A stretch of DNA of 64,000 bases from Patescibacteria group bacterium (GTDB lineage Bacteria; Patescibacteriota; CPR2; UBA1875; CAIMLA01): assembly GCA_041738615.1 (NCBI GenBank), contig JBGSPL010000003.1:24708-88707 (forward strand). Reading direction: 5' to 3'. The position numbers and the translations under genes were made by a program. Position 1 is the first letter of the stretch. Each line of letters starts with the position of its first letter. Shown piece after piece: positions 9,614 to 19,497 of the stretch. The notes under the pieces are model-generated. The model was given only the letters and a program-made list of their open reading frames with translations. It was not told where the DNA came from and made no database searches.

Positions 9614-10456
9614 TTATCTCATTAGTAATGTCGCTACGACGCATCCGAGTATTATGAAATCCGCCATGGCTTTTCTAAAAGTAAAGTGCTCTTTTAGATA
9701 AACCTTTGAGAAAGTAAGGGTCAAAAGAGGTGAAAGAAGCAAAATAAGCGTTGATTGAACAATTCCCAAGTAGATTATAGCGTAAAACCTAGCAATATAC
9801 TCTATATAAGTAATCAGTCCTGTTGCTAGAATATTCCGTTTTTCAAAACTAGGTAACTTACTGATTTTTGGGCGAAACACTATCCAAAATATCACAGTTA
9901 ATAATCCAGTTCGAAACAAATAGAATCCCACTGGAGACATTACCTCTAGTAGAACCTTCGCTAGCTGAGCCTCCAGCGACAACAAGAAAATAAATCCGAC
10001 TAAAGCTAATGTTGTCTTCTTGAAACCAATCTTAAAATGTTTCCTTTTCAACCTAGAAAGAATCAGTGCAAAGGCTGCAATGAGTGTAAGAACTAAAGGC
10101 CAAAGACTTCTTTCTGATGGAAATAATAGGGCGGCCATTATCACAGTAACTGGCCGGTCGAGTAATACAAATGGTTCTACATCGCAAAGTTCTTCTTTTT
10201 TAAGGCTATAAAAGAAGAACACGTTATAAAAATATGCGACAAATGTCTCTAAGATGAAAAGTAGCAAATACTTTGTAGTAAAAAACTCAATATCAACCCT
10301 GCCTAAAAAAGGGAAAACGAACAGCCCAATTATAAATAATATTGCCATAGAGAAAGGCAGGAACTGTTTATAGGTAATATTTTTTGTTTTCAAAATTACT
10401 TTATCTAGTATGCTCTCAGCTGAGTTTGCAAACATATTGATAATTGCAAAAATCAT
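9614..10456 (-). CDS. Integral membrane protein of unknown function
   Basis: 280 aa, about 8 hydrophobic helices. No motif recognised. Confidence 0.4.
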   Translation of the reverse strand: MIFAIINMFANSAESILDKVILKTKNITYKQFLPFSMAILFIIGLFVFPFLGRVDIEFFTTKYLLLFILETFVAYFYNVFFFYSLKKEELCDVEPFVLLDRPVTVIMAALLFPSERSLWPLVLTLIAAFALILSRLKRKHFKIGFKKTTLALVGFIFLLSLEAQLAKVLLEVMSPVGFYLFRTGLLTVIFWIVFRPKISKLPSFEKRNILATGLITYIEYIARFYAIIYLGIVQSTLILLLSPLLTLTFSKVYLKEHFTFRKAMADFIILGCVVATLLMR

Positions 10457-10472
10457 TTGCCCTCCACCGACA

Positions 10473-12035
10473 CTATTTTTCGAGCTCTAGCCGCGGGAAA
10501 AGCTGCGCTGGCTTAGTCACTTTCTGTCCTACCGGCAGGATAGACCAAGAATCCTTGATATTTGGCTCCGCTGCCAGCAGCCCCTTGATACCGAGTGATT
10601 TTGCAATCGCAAGTGAAGTACGAGGCATTACGGGATAAATCATCCAAGCGAGCTGGTGAATGCCCTCGAGAAGTCCCACGACTACCCATTTTAAATCATC
10701 TGTCTCCCCCGTTTTGGCAAGCTGCCACGGCCGAAGTTCCTCTATATACTGATCGCATGTTTTCACAAATGCTTCGATAGTTGCTAGGGCGTCTCCAAAA
10801 CGAAGCTCAGCAATTGATCTATCGTATTCTGCATATGTCTTCTTCCAATTCCAGATATCCTCTCCTACTCGCAGTAGATGCTCATCTGGGTGACGCTCTA
10901 CCTTTGGCACCACCCCATCACAGTATTTCTCTACCATAGTGACGACGCGCGAGACCAAGTTGCCAATACCATTCGCGAGGTCATAGTTGTAGCGTTCTGC
11001 AATCTTGGTCTCAGAAATGTCTCCGTCGGTACCGTAAGGTAAAGCACGCAAGACGGAATAACGAACGGCGTCTGAGCCAAACTTCTCCACTAACTCATGT
11101 GGTCGCAGTACATTACCAATTGATTTACTCATCTTTTTTCCATCAACTGTAAAGTAACCGTGAACGTAAAGTTGCTTCGTTGTCGGTAGTTTTAGAGCGA
11201 GAAGCATGGCTTGCCAAATAGTTGCGTGAACTCTAGCAATATCCTTTGCCATTAGCTGTACGTCCGCAGGCCAGAATTTCTCGGCAAGCTTGATCTCTTT
11301 TGGCCATCCAAGTCCTGTTAAATAATTTAGGAAAGCATCAATCCAAACATAAGTTGTCTGGGTCTCGTCGAAAGGCAAATCAATCCCCCAGGAAACATTT
11401 TCCTTCTTTCGGGAGACTGCCACATCGTCAAGGCCACCGCGAACGAATGCTAGGATTTCGTTCTTCCGCTCGACGGGCAAAATCTGGATTTCGTCCTCTG
11501 AAATCAGCTGTTCCAACCTGTCTTGGTACTTAGATAAGGCAAAAAGATACGCCTCCTCCTCGTGGATTTCGCATTCACGATTGTGATCTGGACAAACCTT
11601 GCCATCCACAAGCTCAGAAATAGTCTTGTATTGCTCACAACCTACGCAGTAAAGTGCCTGGTAAGAGCCTTTGTAAATGTCGCCCTGATCGTAAAGCTTC
11701 TGTGTGACCCACCTTACCGCTTCCTCATGTTGAGGGTCGGTGGTTCGTAAGAAGTTATCATATGTTATGTCCAAAGACTTCCAAGCGGTTTTAAATTTGG
11801 CCGCCACATCGTCGGTAAACTGCTTCGGATTCTGCCCGTTAGTCTCAGCAATCTCCTGAATTTTGGCGCCATGCTCGTCGGTACCCGTCATAAAGAAGAC
11901 ATTCTCCTTGCCATAGGCTAGACGATAATAACGAGCGAGCACGTCTGCCACTGTTGAGGTGTAGACGTGGCCAATGTGGGGCTCTGCGTTGACATAATAT
12001 ATCGGAGTTGTAACATAAAATTTATTTTTTGGCAT
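10473..12035 (-). CDS. metG: Methionyl-tRNA synthetase
   Basis: HIGH-type motif (PHIGHVYT), KMSKS, Zn knuckle CVGCEQY...CPDH. 520 aa. Confidence 0.93.
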   Translation of the reverse strand: MPKNKFYVTTPIYYVNAEPHIGHVYTSTVADVLARYYRLAYGKENVFFMTGTDEHGAKIQEIAETNGQNPKQFTDDVAAKFKTAWKSLDITYDNFLRTTDPQHEEAVRWVTQKLYDQGDIYKGSYQALYCVGCEQYKTISELVDGKVCPDHNRECEIHEEEAYLFALSKYQDRLEQLISEDEIQILPVERKNEILAFVRGGLDDVAVSRKKENVSWGIDLPFDETQTTYVWIDAFLNYLTGLGWPKEIKLAEKFWPADVQLMAKDIARVHATIWQAMLLALKLPTTKQLYVHGYFTVDGKKMSKSIGNVLRPHELVEKFGSDAVRYSVLRALPYGTDGDISETKIAERYNYDLANGIGNLVSRVVTMVEKYCDGVVPKVERHPDEHLLRVGEDIWNWKKTYAEYDRSIAELRFGDALATIEAFVKTCDQYIEELRPWQLAKTGETDDLKWVVVGLLEGIHQLAWMIYPVMPRTSLAIAKSLGIKGLLAAEPNIKDSWSILPVGQKVTKPAQLFPRLELEK

Positions 12036-12624
12036 TTTCTCTCTCGATTATCGCTTCTAATTCCTGTTTCGCCTGATCCTGGCTCGTAAATTGTATAACA
12101 TTCATGCCTAGCTCGCTAGCAGCATCAGTGTTTCGCAACTTGTCGTCAATAAATACTACTTCACTAGGCTCCAGCCCAAGCTTATCGATAACGAAATGAA
12201 AGGCGCCTGGATGAGGCTTGAATTCCCCTATCACCGAGGAATAATAGATTCTATCCTCAAAAAACCGTTCATAGTGCCAAAGCTCAGAATCGTTTATTGA
12301 AAAATTACCAAAATCGTTCGAAAGCATAGCCAGTATAAACCCCCTCTGTTTTAGATCCTGAAGCCAGTCTTCGCTGCCGCTGTACAGTGCTGGTATTTCC
12401 ATCATTTTTTCAATACCTTCATCGAAACCGGTGTATGCACGTAATTTCACAAGGAACTCTGAGACATTAATTTCCCCTCGCAGTGTTTGCTGCGTGAATT
12501 CCCGGATACCTAGCAGAAACTCGTCTTTTGTGACTCCCATACGACTGCTGGCCATCAATAAGTAATCTAACCAGGTGTCTTCTACCAGCACACCGCCGTT
12601 GTCAAAAATAATCGCCTTAATCAC
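12022..12624 (-). CDS. HAD-superfamily hydrolase (paralog 2 of a tandem pair)
   Basis: Likely true start GTG at 12624 (VIKAIIFDNGGVL, RBS GGAGGTGA), overlapping the upstream paralog's TGA as GTGA. The ORF track start at 12663 is probably an over-extension. DxD motif plus C-terminal FIDD motif. Confidence 0.7.
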   Translation of the reverse strand: MIKAIIFDNGGVLVEDTWLDYLLMASSRMGVTKDEFLLGIREFTQQTLRGEINVSEFLVKLRAYTGFDEGIEKMMEIPALYSGSEDWLQDLKQRGFILAMLSNDFGNFSINDSELWHYERFFEDRIYYSSVIGEFKPHPGAFHFVIDKLGLEPSEVVFIDDKLRNTDAASELGMNVIQFTSQDQAKQELEAIIERENAKK

Positions 12625-13226
12625 AGGTTCACCTCCAAAATCTTTGCTAAATCCTCCCTGCATTGCTCTGGAGAATGGAATAATATAGTTTTCATACCTA
12701 GTTCCCGCGCTGGCACTAGGTTTGCTTCACGGTCATCGACGAAGATAACCTCCCCTGGATTTACCCCGAGTCTTTCGGTTGCATACTGGTAAAAATCTGT
12801 GTCAGGCTTTGCGAGATGTAGCTTAGAAGAAACAAAAACCTTGTCCTCCTCGAATATCTCCTCGTAATTCCACAGGTTCTCGTTCAAGGTGTCGAAACAA
12901 TCAACAAAGTTTGTGAGCAGTGCCAAATCATATTTTCCCTTCAATGAGAGCAGAAGTTCTCGCATTTCCTGCTTTGGCTGATAGCAGGAAAGTAATATCT
13001 CCCACAATTCTTGGGGTTGATACTTCTTCCTGAGAGTTGTAGCCAAACGCTCAAAAAATTCCTCTGTGGTAATCGCTCCACGGTCCGCTGCCTCAACAAC
13101 TTTGTGAAATATCGGACGTAGATACTCGGTATCAACGCCAAAATAGTCCGCAAATCGAGGCACAGTCGTGTCGTTGTCGCATGAAGTAAGAACCCCGTTG
13201 TTGTCAAAAATAATCGCCTTGATCAT
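12621..13226 (-). CDS. HAD-superfamily hydrolase (paralog 1)
   Basis: MIKAIIFDNNGVL motif I, FVDD motif. 201 aa, same architecture as the adjacent paralog. Confidence 0.75.
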   Translation of the reverse strand: MIKAIIFDNNGVLTSCDNDTTVPRFADYFGVDTEYLRPIFHKVVEAADRGAITTEEFFERLATTLRKKYQPQELWEILLSCYQPKQEMRELLLSLKGKYDLALLTNFVDCFDTLNENLWNYEEIFEEDKVFVSSKLHLAKPDTDFYQYATERLGVNPGEVIFVDDREANLVPARELGMKTILFHSPEQCREDLAKILEVNL

Positions 13227-13882
13227 TTGGCCGACTCCAGAATGACTACGAATTCACCCTTCTCTTTGATTTTGGGTAAAACTTCGCTGATTTTACCCCT
13301 ATATGTTTCCTCAAATTTCTTCGTGAGCTCCCTCGAGACCGAAACTTCCCGATCTCCTACAAATTCTAGGAGCTCAGTAAGCAACTTGTTGATCCGAAAT
13401 GGTGATTCGTACAAAATAGTTGTTCGGTTGATAAGCGCAATTTCCTTAAGCTTTGTTTGCCTTCCCTTCTTATGGGGCAGAAAGCCGATAAACACAAATT
13501 CATCGGTGCTAAGTCCGGAAACTGAAAGTGCCGTTACGGCAGCCGAAACGCCAGGAATAGGCACGACATCAATGCTATTTTCTATCGCGGCACGGATTAG
13601 AAACTCTCCTGGATCGCTAATCCCTGGTGTACCTGCATCGGTAACCAGCGCAACGTTTTTGCCCTCCAGAATTGAGCTAATTATTTGTTCAACCTTGCTG
13701 TCCCGCGAGTGCTGATGATAGCTTACAAGAGGCTTCTTGATATCAAAATGATTGAGCAGCTGCAGGGTGTGACGGGTATCCTCACAGGCTATCACGTCTG
13801 CTGACTTTAGGGTGTCTAGTGCGCGTAAAGTAATATCGCCTAAATTCCCTATCGGTGTGGATACTACATACAGAGTTCCCAT
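13223..13882 (-). CDS. rsmI: 16S rRNA (cytidine1402-2'-O)-methyltransferase RsmI
   Basis: MGTLYVVSTPIGNLGDITLRAL...ADVIACEDTRHT tetrapyrrole-methylase-like RsmI signature. Confidence 0.85.
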   Translation of the reverse strand: MGTLYVVSTPIGNLGDITLRALDTLKSADVIACEDTRHTLQLLNHFDIKKPLVSYHQHSRDSKVEQIISSILEGKNVALVTDAGTPGISDPGEFLIRAAIENSIDVVPIPGVSAAVTALSVSGLSTDEFVFIGFLPHKKGRQTKLKEIALINRTTILYESPFRINKLLTELLEFVGDREVSVSRELTKKFEETYRGKISEVLPKIKEKGEFVVILESAK

Positions 13883-14151
13883 TAGCGGATCTCGAATCCT
13901 TTTTCCAGTTTAGTAGGCTTCTCTTCCACGACTTCTACCTCGTCTACAGTAGCAAGTGGAGAGCCTTCCTTCGCCCACCTAGCAAAAGAATCTACGGCCT
14001 TATCTTCGCCTTCGGCAATCATGAAGACGCTTCCGTTGGGCTCGTTACGACACCATCCGTCTATAGCAAGTTTGTCAGCTTCTTTTTTTGCGTTATAGCG
14101 GAAGAATACTCCCTGTACGTCGCCGCTAACAACAATCTTTACCCTCTTCAT
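13882..14151 (-). CDS. acyP: Acylphosphatase
   Basis: 89 aa, VSGDVQGVFFRY...GWCRNEPNGSV acylphosphatase signatures. Confidence 0.8.
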   Translation of the reverse strand: MKRVKIVVSGDVQGVFFRYNAKKEADKLAIDGWCRNEPNGSVFMIAEGEDKAVDSFARWAKEGSPLATVDEVEVVEEKPTKLEKGFEIR

Positions 14152-14159
14152 ACGCCTCC

Positions 14160-14993
14160 TTAACTTTTATAGATTTCGGTATATACGTTATATAAATTAT
14201 ACCAGTCCATCATAGTAAGGCCCTCTGCCCTGGTCATCGGGTTTATACCCGCTTTATTTAGCATCTCTTCTACGATATCCCGTTGAAGCAACAGACCACC
14301 GCTGAGTGAGTTGATGAGTTGCTTTCTTTTTTCGTGGAATCCTGCCTTCACGATGCGAAAGAAAATGCGCTTGTCGACATCAAAAAGTGGTTTCTTGTAC
14401 ACACGGATTTTTAGAATTGCTGAGTCCACCTTGGGTGCGGGGAAAAAGGCGGTACGCGGTACCACCTCAACTATAGTGGGGTTGCCGTAAAATTGAACCG
14501 AAACCGCAAGCACACTCATTCGAGATGGTTTAGCGCAGATCCTCTCGGCAACCTCGCGCTGAATTAGTAAAACCATCTCTTCTGGTTTGTTATCTGATTC
14601 TAGAAAAAGTCGAATGATTGCACTGGTAATGTAGTAAGGGACATTGGCGACAACCTTGTAATCGCCTAGCTCATCGGTATTGTATTTGAGTACATCGACA
14701 TTCTCCACACGCAAGTTCGTGTGTTTGATACAGCTAGTTTTGACGATTGCTATCATCGAACGATCTAGCTCGAGAGCCACCACTTCCTTGGCCTTTTTAC
14801 AGAGCTCCTTGGTAAGAATCCCCATGCCGGGGCCAACCTCGACAACCCTATCGTTTTCTTGGACATCGGCAGCCTCTACTATTGCCTCCAAGGAGTGCTG
14901 GTCTACTAGAAAATGCTGACCGAGGTCCTTATTGGCGTAAGCGCCGTAGGCCTTTAGAGTTTTCTTGATTTCGGTTATATCGGTAAGATCCAT
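14160..14993 (-). CDS. rsmA: 16S rRNA (adenine1518/1519-N6)-dimethyltransferase RsmA/KsgA
   Basis: LGQHFLVD...VVEVGPGMGILT SAM-binding motif, NVPYYITS motif. Confidence 0.88.
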   Translation of the reverse strand: MDLTDITEIKKTLKAYGAYANKDLGQHFLVDQHSLEAIVEAADVQENDRVVEVGPGMGILTKELCKKAKEVVALELDRSMIAIVKTSCIKHTNLRVENVDVLKYNTDELGDYKVVANVPYYITSAIIRLFLESDNKPEEMVLLIQREVAERICAKPSRMSVLAVSVQFYGNPTIVEVVPRTAFFPAPKVDSAILKIRVYKKPLFDVDKRIFFRIVKAGFHEKRKQLINSLSGGLLLQRDIVEEMLNKAGINPMTRAEGLTMMDWYNLYNVYTEIYKS

Positions 14994-15050
14994 AAAAAAA
15001 GGCCCTTTCGGGGCTAATTATATCGTAATTCGTGCTCAGAGTCTATGAGA

Positions 15051-16235
15051 TTACGGCTTACAACCCCAAGCTGACCAACCGTTTTGGCTGACACGTAGCG
15101 CTGTAGCATAAATTTGCGCGGTACCATCGTTGATACTTGCGCCTGGATAGCCGGCTTTGGCAGACCAGGAATAGAAAGAGCCATCCCACTGGAATAATCC
15201 CTGGTAGGTGGTTCCCGAGTACGGGTTCCCACCGCTTTCACAAATCATGACATTGTACATGCCGACTGGGTCAACTCCGTATTTTTGCCCAGCAGCCACG
15301 ATAGTCTCCCACCACATGCCCGCATTGTATGGTTTTACTCCAAATATTGTGATTTGGGTTTGTGGCTCAGAAAGTACTGTCGTCGACGTGACCTCTCGGG
15401 AAATCTCGGTGCCATTGTGGTAAACGATGTGCAGCATCTGCTTCTTGCTGCCGTTTACTCCGGCCTGAGTTACCTTGGTTTGCCCTTTATACATGTCGTA
15501 GCTACTCTGTGACACGGTCTGGAAGGCCACTGGCACTGTTTCCTCAACATCTGCATAGTTTACGCGAGTAACCTCTATCTGCCCACTGACAGGGGCGAGT
15601 GCATCCCTAGCTGGGTCCGTAAGGTCGTTCTGATTGAGTTTGATGCCAGCGTCGGTCAGCACTTGCAATACTGTCTTGCTCCAGCTATGAACTACGTTCT
15701 TCAACCCATCAACTGAGACGGTATAAACAGGGGCGCGCTTGATAGAAATCTTCTGGCCGGCCATATTTTCTTCCACTGGGTTCCAGATAAGCTCGGTGCT
15801 GACGATATCTGCCTTGTCGGTCTCGATTCCTAGCTGCTTCAAGATATCTGCTGTGGATGTATACGCACTCCGTCCCACCCAGGACTGCCCGTTGTCACTA
15901 ACAAGTACCGGCTGCGAGGGAACGAGAGACACAGACAATTCTCCCCCGATCAAAGTCGTTGCGAGTGGTGGATTCGTAATGTCGTTCTTGCCAAGCTTGA
16001 TCCCGTGCATGGTAAGGGCGTTGGCCAGGGTATTCTCATGGGTACCAAAAGTGGCCGTTTTCCCGTTTGCAGTATAGTGAACAGTGGTCTCAATACTACC
16101 GACTACGCTCTCTGCACTTACCTGCTGCGAAAGGGCCGCTATCAGGATAAATGACATACAAAAGACCGCCAAATAGGCGTTTTTACACTTTTGGTGGAGG
16201 CTTTGGAGGGTATTTGTACTGAGGGTTATCTTCAA
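15051..16235 (-). CDS. Secreted RpfB-like protein: DUF348 repeats + G5 domain + C-terminal Rpf/transglycosylase-like domain
   Basis: Signal/TM at N-terminus, two DUF348-like repeats, G5-like segment, C-terminal YGVDPVGMYNVMICESGGNPYS...GLFQW matching the Rpf lytic transglycosylase-like catalytic region. True start may be the internal Met (MSFILIAALS). Confidence 0.65.
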   Translation of the reverse strand: MKITLSTNTLQSLHQKCKNAYLAVFCMSFILIAALSQQVSAESVVGSIETTVHYTANGKTATFGTHENTLANALTMHGIKLGKNDITNPPLATTLIGGELSVSLVPSQPVLVSDNGQSWVGRSAYTSTADILKQLGIETDKADIVSTELIWNPVEENMAGQKISIKRAPVYTVSVDGLKNVVHSWSKTVLQVLTDAGIKLNQNDLTDPARDALAPVSGQIEVTRVNYADVEETVPVAFQTVSQSSYDMYKGQTKVTQAGVNGSKKQMLHIVYHNGTEISREVTSTTVLSEPQTQITIFGVKPYNAGMWWETIVAAGQKYGVDPVGMYNVMICESGGNPYSGTTYQGLFQWDGSFYSWSAKAGYPGASINDGTAQIYATALRVSQNGWSAWGCKP

Positions 16236-16323
16236 AATTTAGAAACTTTTCTTAACGCAGATGACATTGTATGACGGATGGAGAAGCCTGTCAATGTTTG
16301 TACACAGGCCTCCCCCTGAGTGG

Positions 16324-16794
16324 TTATAAATCCAGAAAATAGATGTCCGAATCTTCGTTTCTATCGTTTGTAGTATGCTCTAGAAAGGTCCAACCTAGTT
16401 TTTCGTATAAACCCTGAGCTTTCTCGGTATGAAGATAGAGGCGCCGGATCCCCAAGTCTCTCGCCCTCTCCACAACTTCCGTCACAAGTCTGGTCGCCAC
16501 TCCTTGTTTTCGAAATTCCGGCTTCACGAGAACCCCTATCACCCATGGTGTTAGCTCCGGTCTTTTTTCTAGGTCGTGCTCCGAGAGGCCGGCAGAACCC
16601 ATCAGCTCATGTCCCCGATGTGCAACTAGGACAAAGGGGATTTTCCCAACGTTTAACCTGGTGCGATACTTCCGTTTCTTTTTTTCTATGTAGCTAGGAT
16701 CGGTACAGGACCCCCACTCTCGCAACCAAAGTAAGGCAAGATCATCAAAGAACTCCTGCTTCTCCCCGAGATAATCAATCTCAAAACCAGACAT
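16324..16794 (-). CDS. GNAT-family N-acetyltransferase
   Basis: 156 aa; RKQGVATRLV...ARDLGIRRLYL acetyl-CoA-binding motif A region. Confidence 0.7.
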   Translation of the reverse strand: MSGFEIDYLGEKQEFFDDLALLWLREWGSCTDPSYIEKKKRKYRTRLNVGKIPFVLVAHRGHELMGSAGLSEHDLEKRPELTPWVIGVLVKPEFRKQGVATRLVTEVVERARDLGIRRLYLHTEKAQGLYEKLGWTFLEHTTNDRNEDSDIYFLDL

Positions 16795-16798
16795 TTTG

Positions 16799-18964
16799 CT
16801 ACACCTTCTTTAGCTTTGCATAGCTTAGAGAAAGCCACTTGATACCATAGTCATCAAAGTGGACGGTGACTTCATCATCATCAATCTCCGTGACTTTGCC
16901 TTCGCCAAAGTCCTCATGGGAAACTTTGTCCCCGACATTCAGATAACCACTAAGGGATTCCTCCGCTACCTGCCCGAGCCGAGGCTCGTTCGGGCGGGCG
17001 GTCGGAATGACAGTAGAAGAAGATGAGGTCGAACCAGGAAGAATACTCTCATATCCGGTCATCAGATGGCTCGGAATGTCGGCCAGGAAACGACTCGGTG
17101 AATTACTAAGTGTCTTGCCGTAAAGCATACGAGTATTTGCAAGCGTAAAATAAAGACGTTCGCGGGCACGTGTAATCCCCACGTAGCAAAGACGACGTTC
17201 TTCCTCTAGCTGCTCATTGTCGTAGCTACTATTGGCATGGGGAAAGAGATTCTCCTCCATTCCGGCCATAAAGACAGCCTTGAACTCTAGTCCCTTAGCA
17301 GCATGGAGTGTCATTAGCGTAATCGCCTCTTCGTCTGGGTTCCAGTTATCGATATCTGCGACGAGCGCCATCTCCTCTAGAAATTCCTCCAGCTTAGCGT
17401 CAGAGTGCGCATTTACGTATTCCACTGCTACGGAGAGTAACTCACGTACATTTTCTACCCGTTCGTCACCTGTAGTAGTGCCGTCGCGAAGGTATTCCTC
17501 GTAGCCACTCTTTTTAATCACAAGCCCTACCAACTCTGGTAGAGTCTCGACCTCAGCAGATCGTCGAAAAACCTCGAGCAATCTGGCAAAATCAGTCAGC
17601 GCTGCCGTCTGCTTGGGTCCCAGACCCATCTGCGGCACTCTGTCAAGCAAAGTCGAGATATGTAAATTGTTTAGCCGGCCGAAATCTATAAGCTTCTTCA
17701 GTGTGGTATCCCCGATTCCTCTACCGGGGACGTTGATAATCCGCTCAAAGGCAACCCAGTCACTGTCGGAGCTTATCACCCGCAGGTAACCAACAATATC
17801 TTTAATCTCCTTGCGCTCAAAGAAGCGAAAACCGCCGATAATGCGGTATGGTACGCGAAAACGGACAAACTCGGACTCTATAGAGCGCGACTGCGCGTTA
17901 GTCCTGTATAACACCACAATATCGCTAAGCTTGTAGTCATCTTCGCGAACTAGGCGTTCTGACTCGCGAATAATGGTCTGTGCTTCGTTGTGCTCATCAT
18001 AGGCGTCTATAGTAACTATAGGGATCCCGGCCTCGTTCTGCGTAAATAGTTTCTTGTCGCTCCGATTCTCGTTCTTTGTAATCACATGATGGGCAGCATC
18101 AAGGATTACCTTTGTCGAACGATAGTTTTCCTCGAGCTTGACGACCTTGGCGCTCGGCCAATCGCGCTCAAAATCTAGAATGTTGCGAAAGTTGGCACCG
18201 CGCCAAGAGTATATAGATTGCCAATCGTCCCCCACCACACAGAGATTCTGACTCTCGGCCGCCAAGAGCTTGGCGAACATATATTGAGCGTGATTGGTGT
18301 CCTGGTACTCGTCGATATGGATATATTTCCAACACTTTTGGTACTTCGCCAAAACTTCTGGGAATTTCTGGAAAAGAACTACCGTTTGCATCAGGAGGTC
18401 ATCGAAATCCAGCGCGTCATTTCTTTTCAGGTTTTCTTGATAAAGGGGGTAAACTTTTGCCGCGATCTCTTGGAAATATCCACTGGCAACCGTAACGTAT
18501 TTCTCTGGCGTCATTAGCTCATTTTTGGCACTCGAAATATAGGTAAGAAATGTGGATGCCGATGCCTTCTTATCTTCGATGACGACCTGATTCATCGCCT
18601 GCTTCATCGCCGACTGTGAATCCGCAGTGTCAAAGATGGTAAAACTACGCTTGTAGCCGAGATAGTGACCGTCCTCTCTCATGATTCGAGCGCAAATAGA
18701 GTGAAAGGTGCCCATAGTAGGCTGAGCGCTACCGCCAACGAGTGTGGCAACTCTGGCCTTCATTTCCTTGGCGGCCTTGTTGGTAAAGGTCACCGCAAGG
18801 ATGCTGTCTGGGGCCATTCCCTTTTCGCGAATAAGATAAGCCACGCGGTGAGTAAGGGCCTTTGTCTTGCCACTACCCGCTCCCGCTAAAATTAAAACTG
18901 GCCCCTCTGTGGCCAGAACCGCTTCTACTTGTGAGTCATTTAAACCTTTTAGAATATCTTGCAT
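16799..18964 (-). CDS. pcrA: ATP-dependent DNA helicase PcrA/UvrD family
   Basis: Walker A GAGSGKTKALTHR, UvrD helicase motifs, C-terminal Tudor-like region. 721 aa. Confidence 0.9.
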   Translation of the reverse strand: MQDILKGLNDSQVEAVLATEGPVLILAGAGSGKTKALTHRVAYLIREKGMAPDSILAVTFTNKAAKEMKARVATLVGGSAQPTMGTFHSICARIMREDGHYLGYKRSFTIFDTADSQSAMKQAMNQVVIEDKKASASTFLTYISSAKNELMTPEKYVTVASGYFQEIAAKVYPLYQENLKRNDALDFDDLLMQTVVLFQKFPEVLAKYQKCWKYIHIDEYQDTNHAQYMFAKLLAAESQNLCVVGDDWQSIYSWRGANFRNILDFERDWPSAKVVKLEENYRSTKVILDAAHHVITKNENRSDKKLFTQNEAGIPIVTIDAYDEHNEAQTIIRESERLVREDDYKLSDIVVLYRTNAQSRSIESEFVRFRVPYRIIGGFRFFERKEIKDIVGYLRVISSDSDWVAFERIINVPGRGIGDTTLKKLIDFGRLNNLHISTLLDRVPQMGLGPKQTAALTDFARLLEVFRRSAEVETLPELVGLVIKKSGYEEYLRDGTTTGDERVENVRELLSVAVEYVNAHSDAKLEEFLEEMALVADIDNWNPDEEAITLMTLHAAKGLEFKAVFMAGMEENLFPHANSSYDNEQLEEERRLCYVGITRARERLYFTLANTRMLYGKTLSNSPSRFLADIPSHLMTGYESILPGSTSSSSTVIPTARPNEPRLGQVAEESLSGYLNVGDKVSHEDFGEGKVTEIDDDEVTVHFDDYGIKWLSLSYAKLKKV

Positions 18965-19008
18965 TATTTAATTATACGGGAAAAACGACAGCAAAAAAAG
19001 TAGAGACA

Positions 19009-19257
19009 CTAGCGATACTTTAGTTTATACAGAATGATTGCCCCTACGATAAAGACAGAAACTATATTGGCGATGATTATAGGACTTGAACCAATAAGTA
19101 CACCGTAAACCAGCCAAAGCAAGATCCCCAGAAAAGACATGGAGAACATTAGCAGGGAAAGATCTTTTGTATGCTTCGTCTTCATTATCTTAATAAGCTG
19201 AGGAACCGCAGCAAACGTAGTTAGCAGGGCCGCTAAATAACCAAGTAGCTCGATCAT
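19009..19257 (-). CDS. SemiSWEET / PQ-loop sugar transporter (3-TM)
   Basis: 82 aa, three TM helices, AVPQLIKI PQ-loop motif. Confidence 0.65.
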   Translation of the reverse strand: MIELLGYLAALLTTFAAVPQLIKIMKTKHTKDLSLLMFSMSFLGILLWLVYGVLIGSSPIIIANIVSVFIVGAIILYKLKYR

Positions 19258-19497
19258 CTAATCCTTAACTCTTATGGCCATGTCGGGGCAAATTTTCTCG
19301 CACAGTTTGCACTCAATACAATTTTTGACGTCACATTTTATAGTTGGCCTACCAAAGTGACCCAGGACACTATCATCCCAGCTGAGCACCTGCTTAGGAC
19401 ACACCTCGATACAAAGCCCACAACTCTTACATTGTTCTGGAAACTGGACCCAAACCTTGGCCTTATCTTCAAATTTTTTGATTGTGTGTTTACTCAT
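19258..19497 (-). CDS. porD: 2-oxoacid:ferredoxin oxidoreductase delta subunit (2x[4Fe-4S] ferredoxin)
   Basis: Two CxxCxxCxxxCP motifs (CKSCGLCIEVCP, CIECKLCEKICP). 79 aa. Confidence 0.85.
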   Translation of the reverse strand: MSKHTIKKFEDKAKVWVQFPEQCKSCGLCIEVCPKQVLSWDDSVLGHFGRPTIKCDVKNCIECKLCEKICPDMAIRVKD

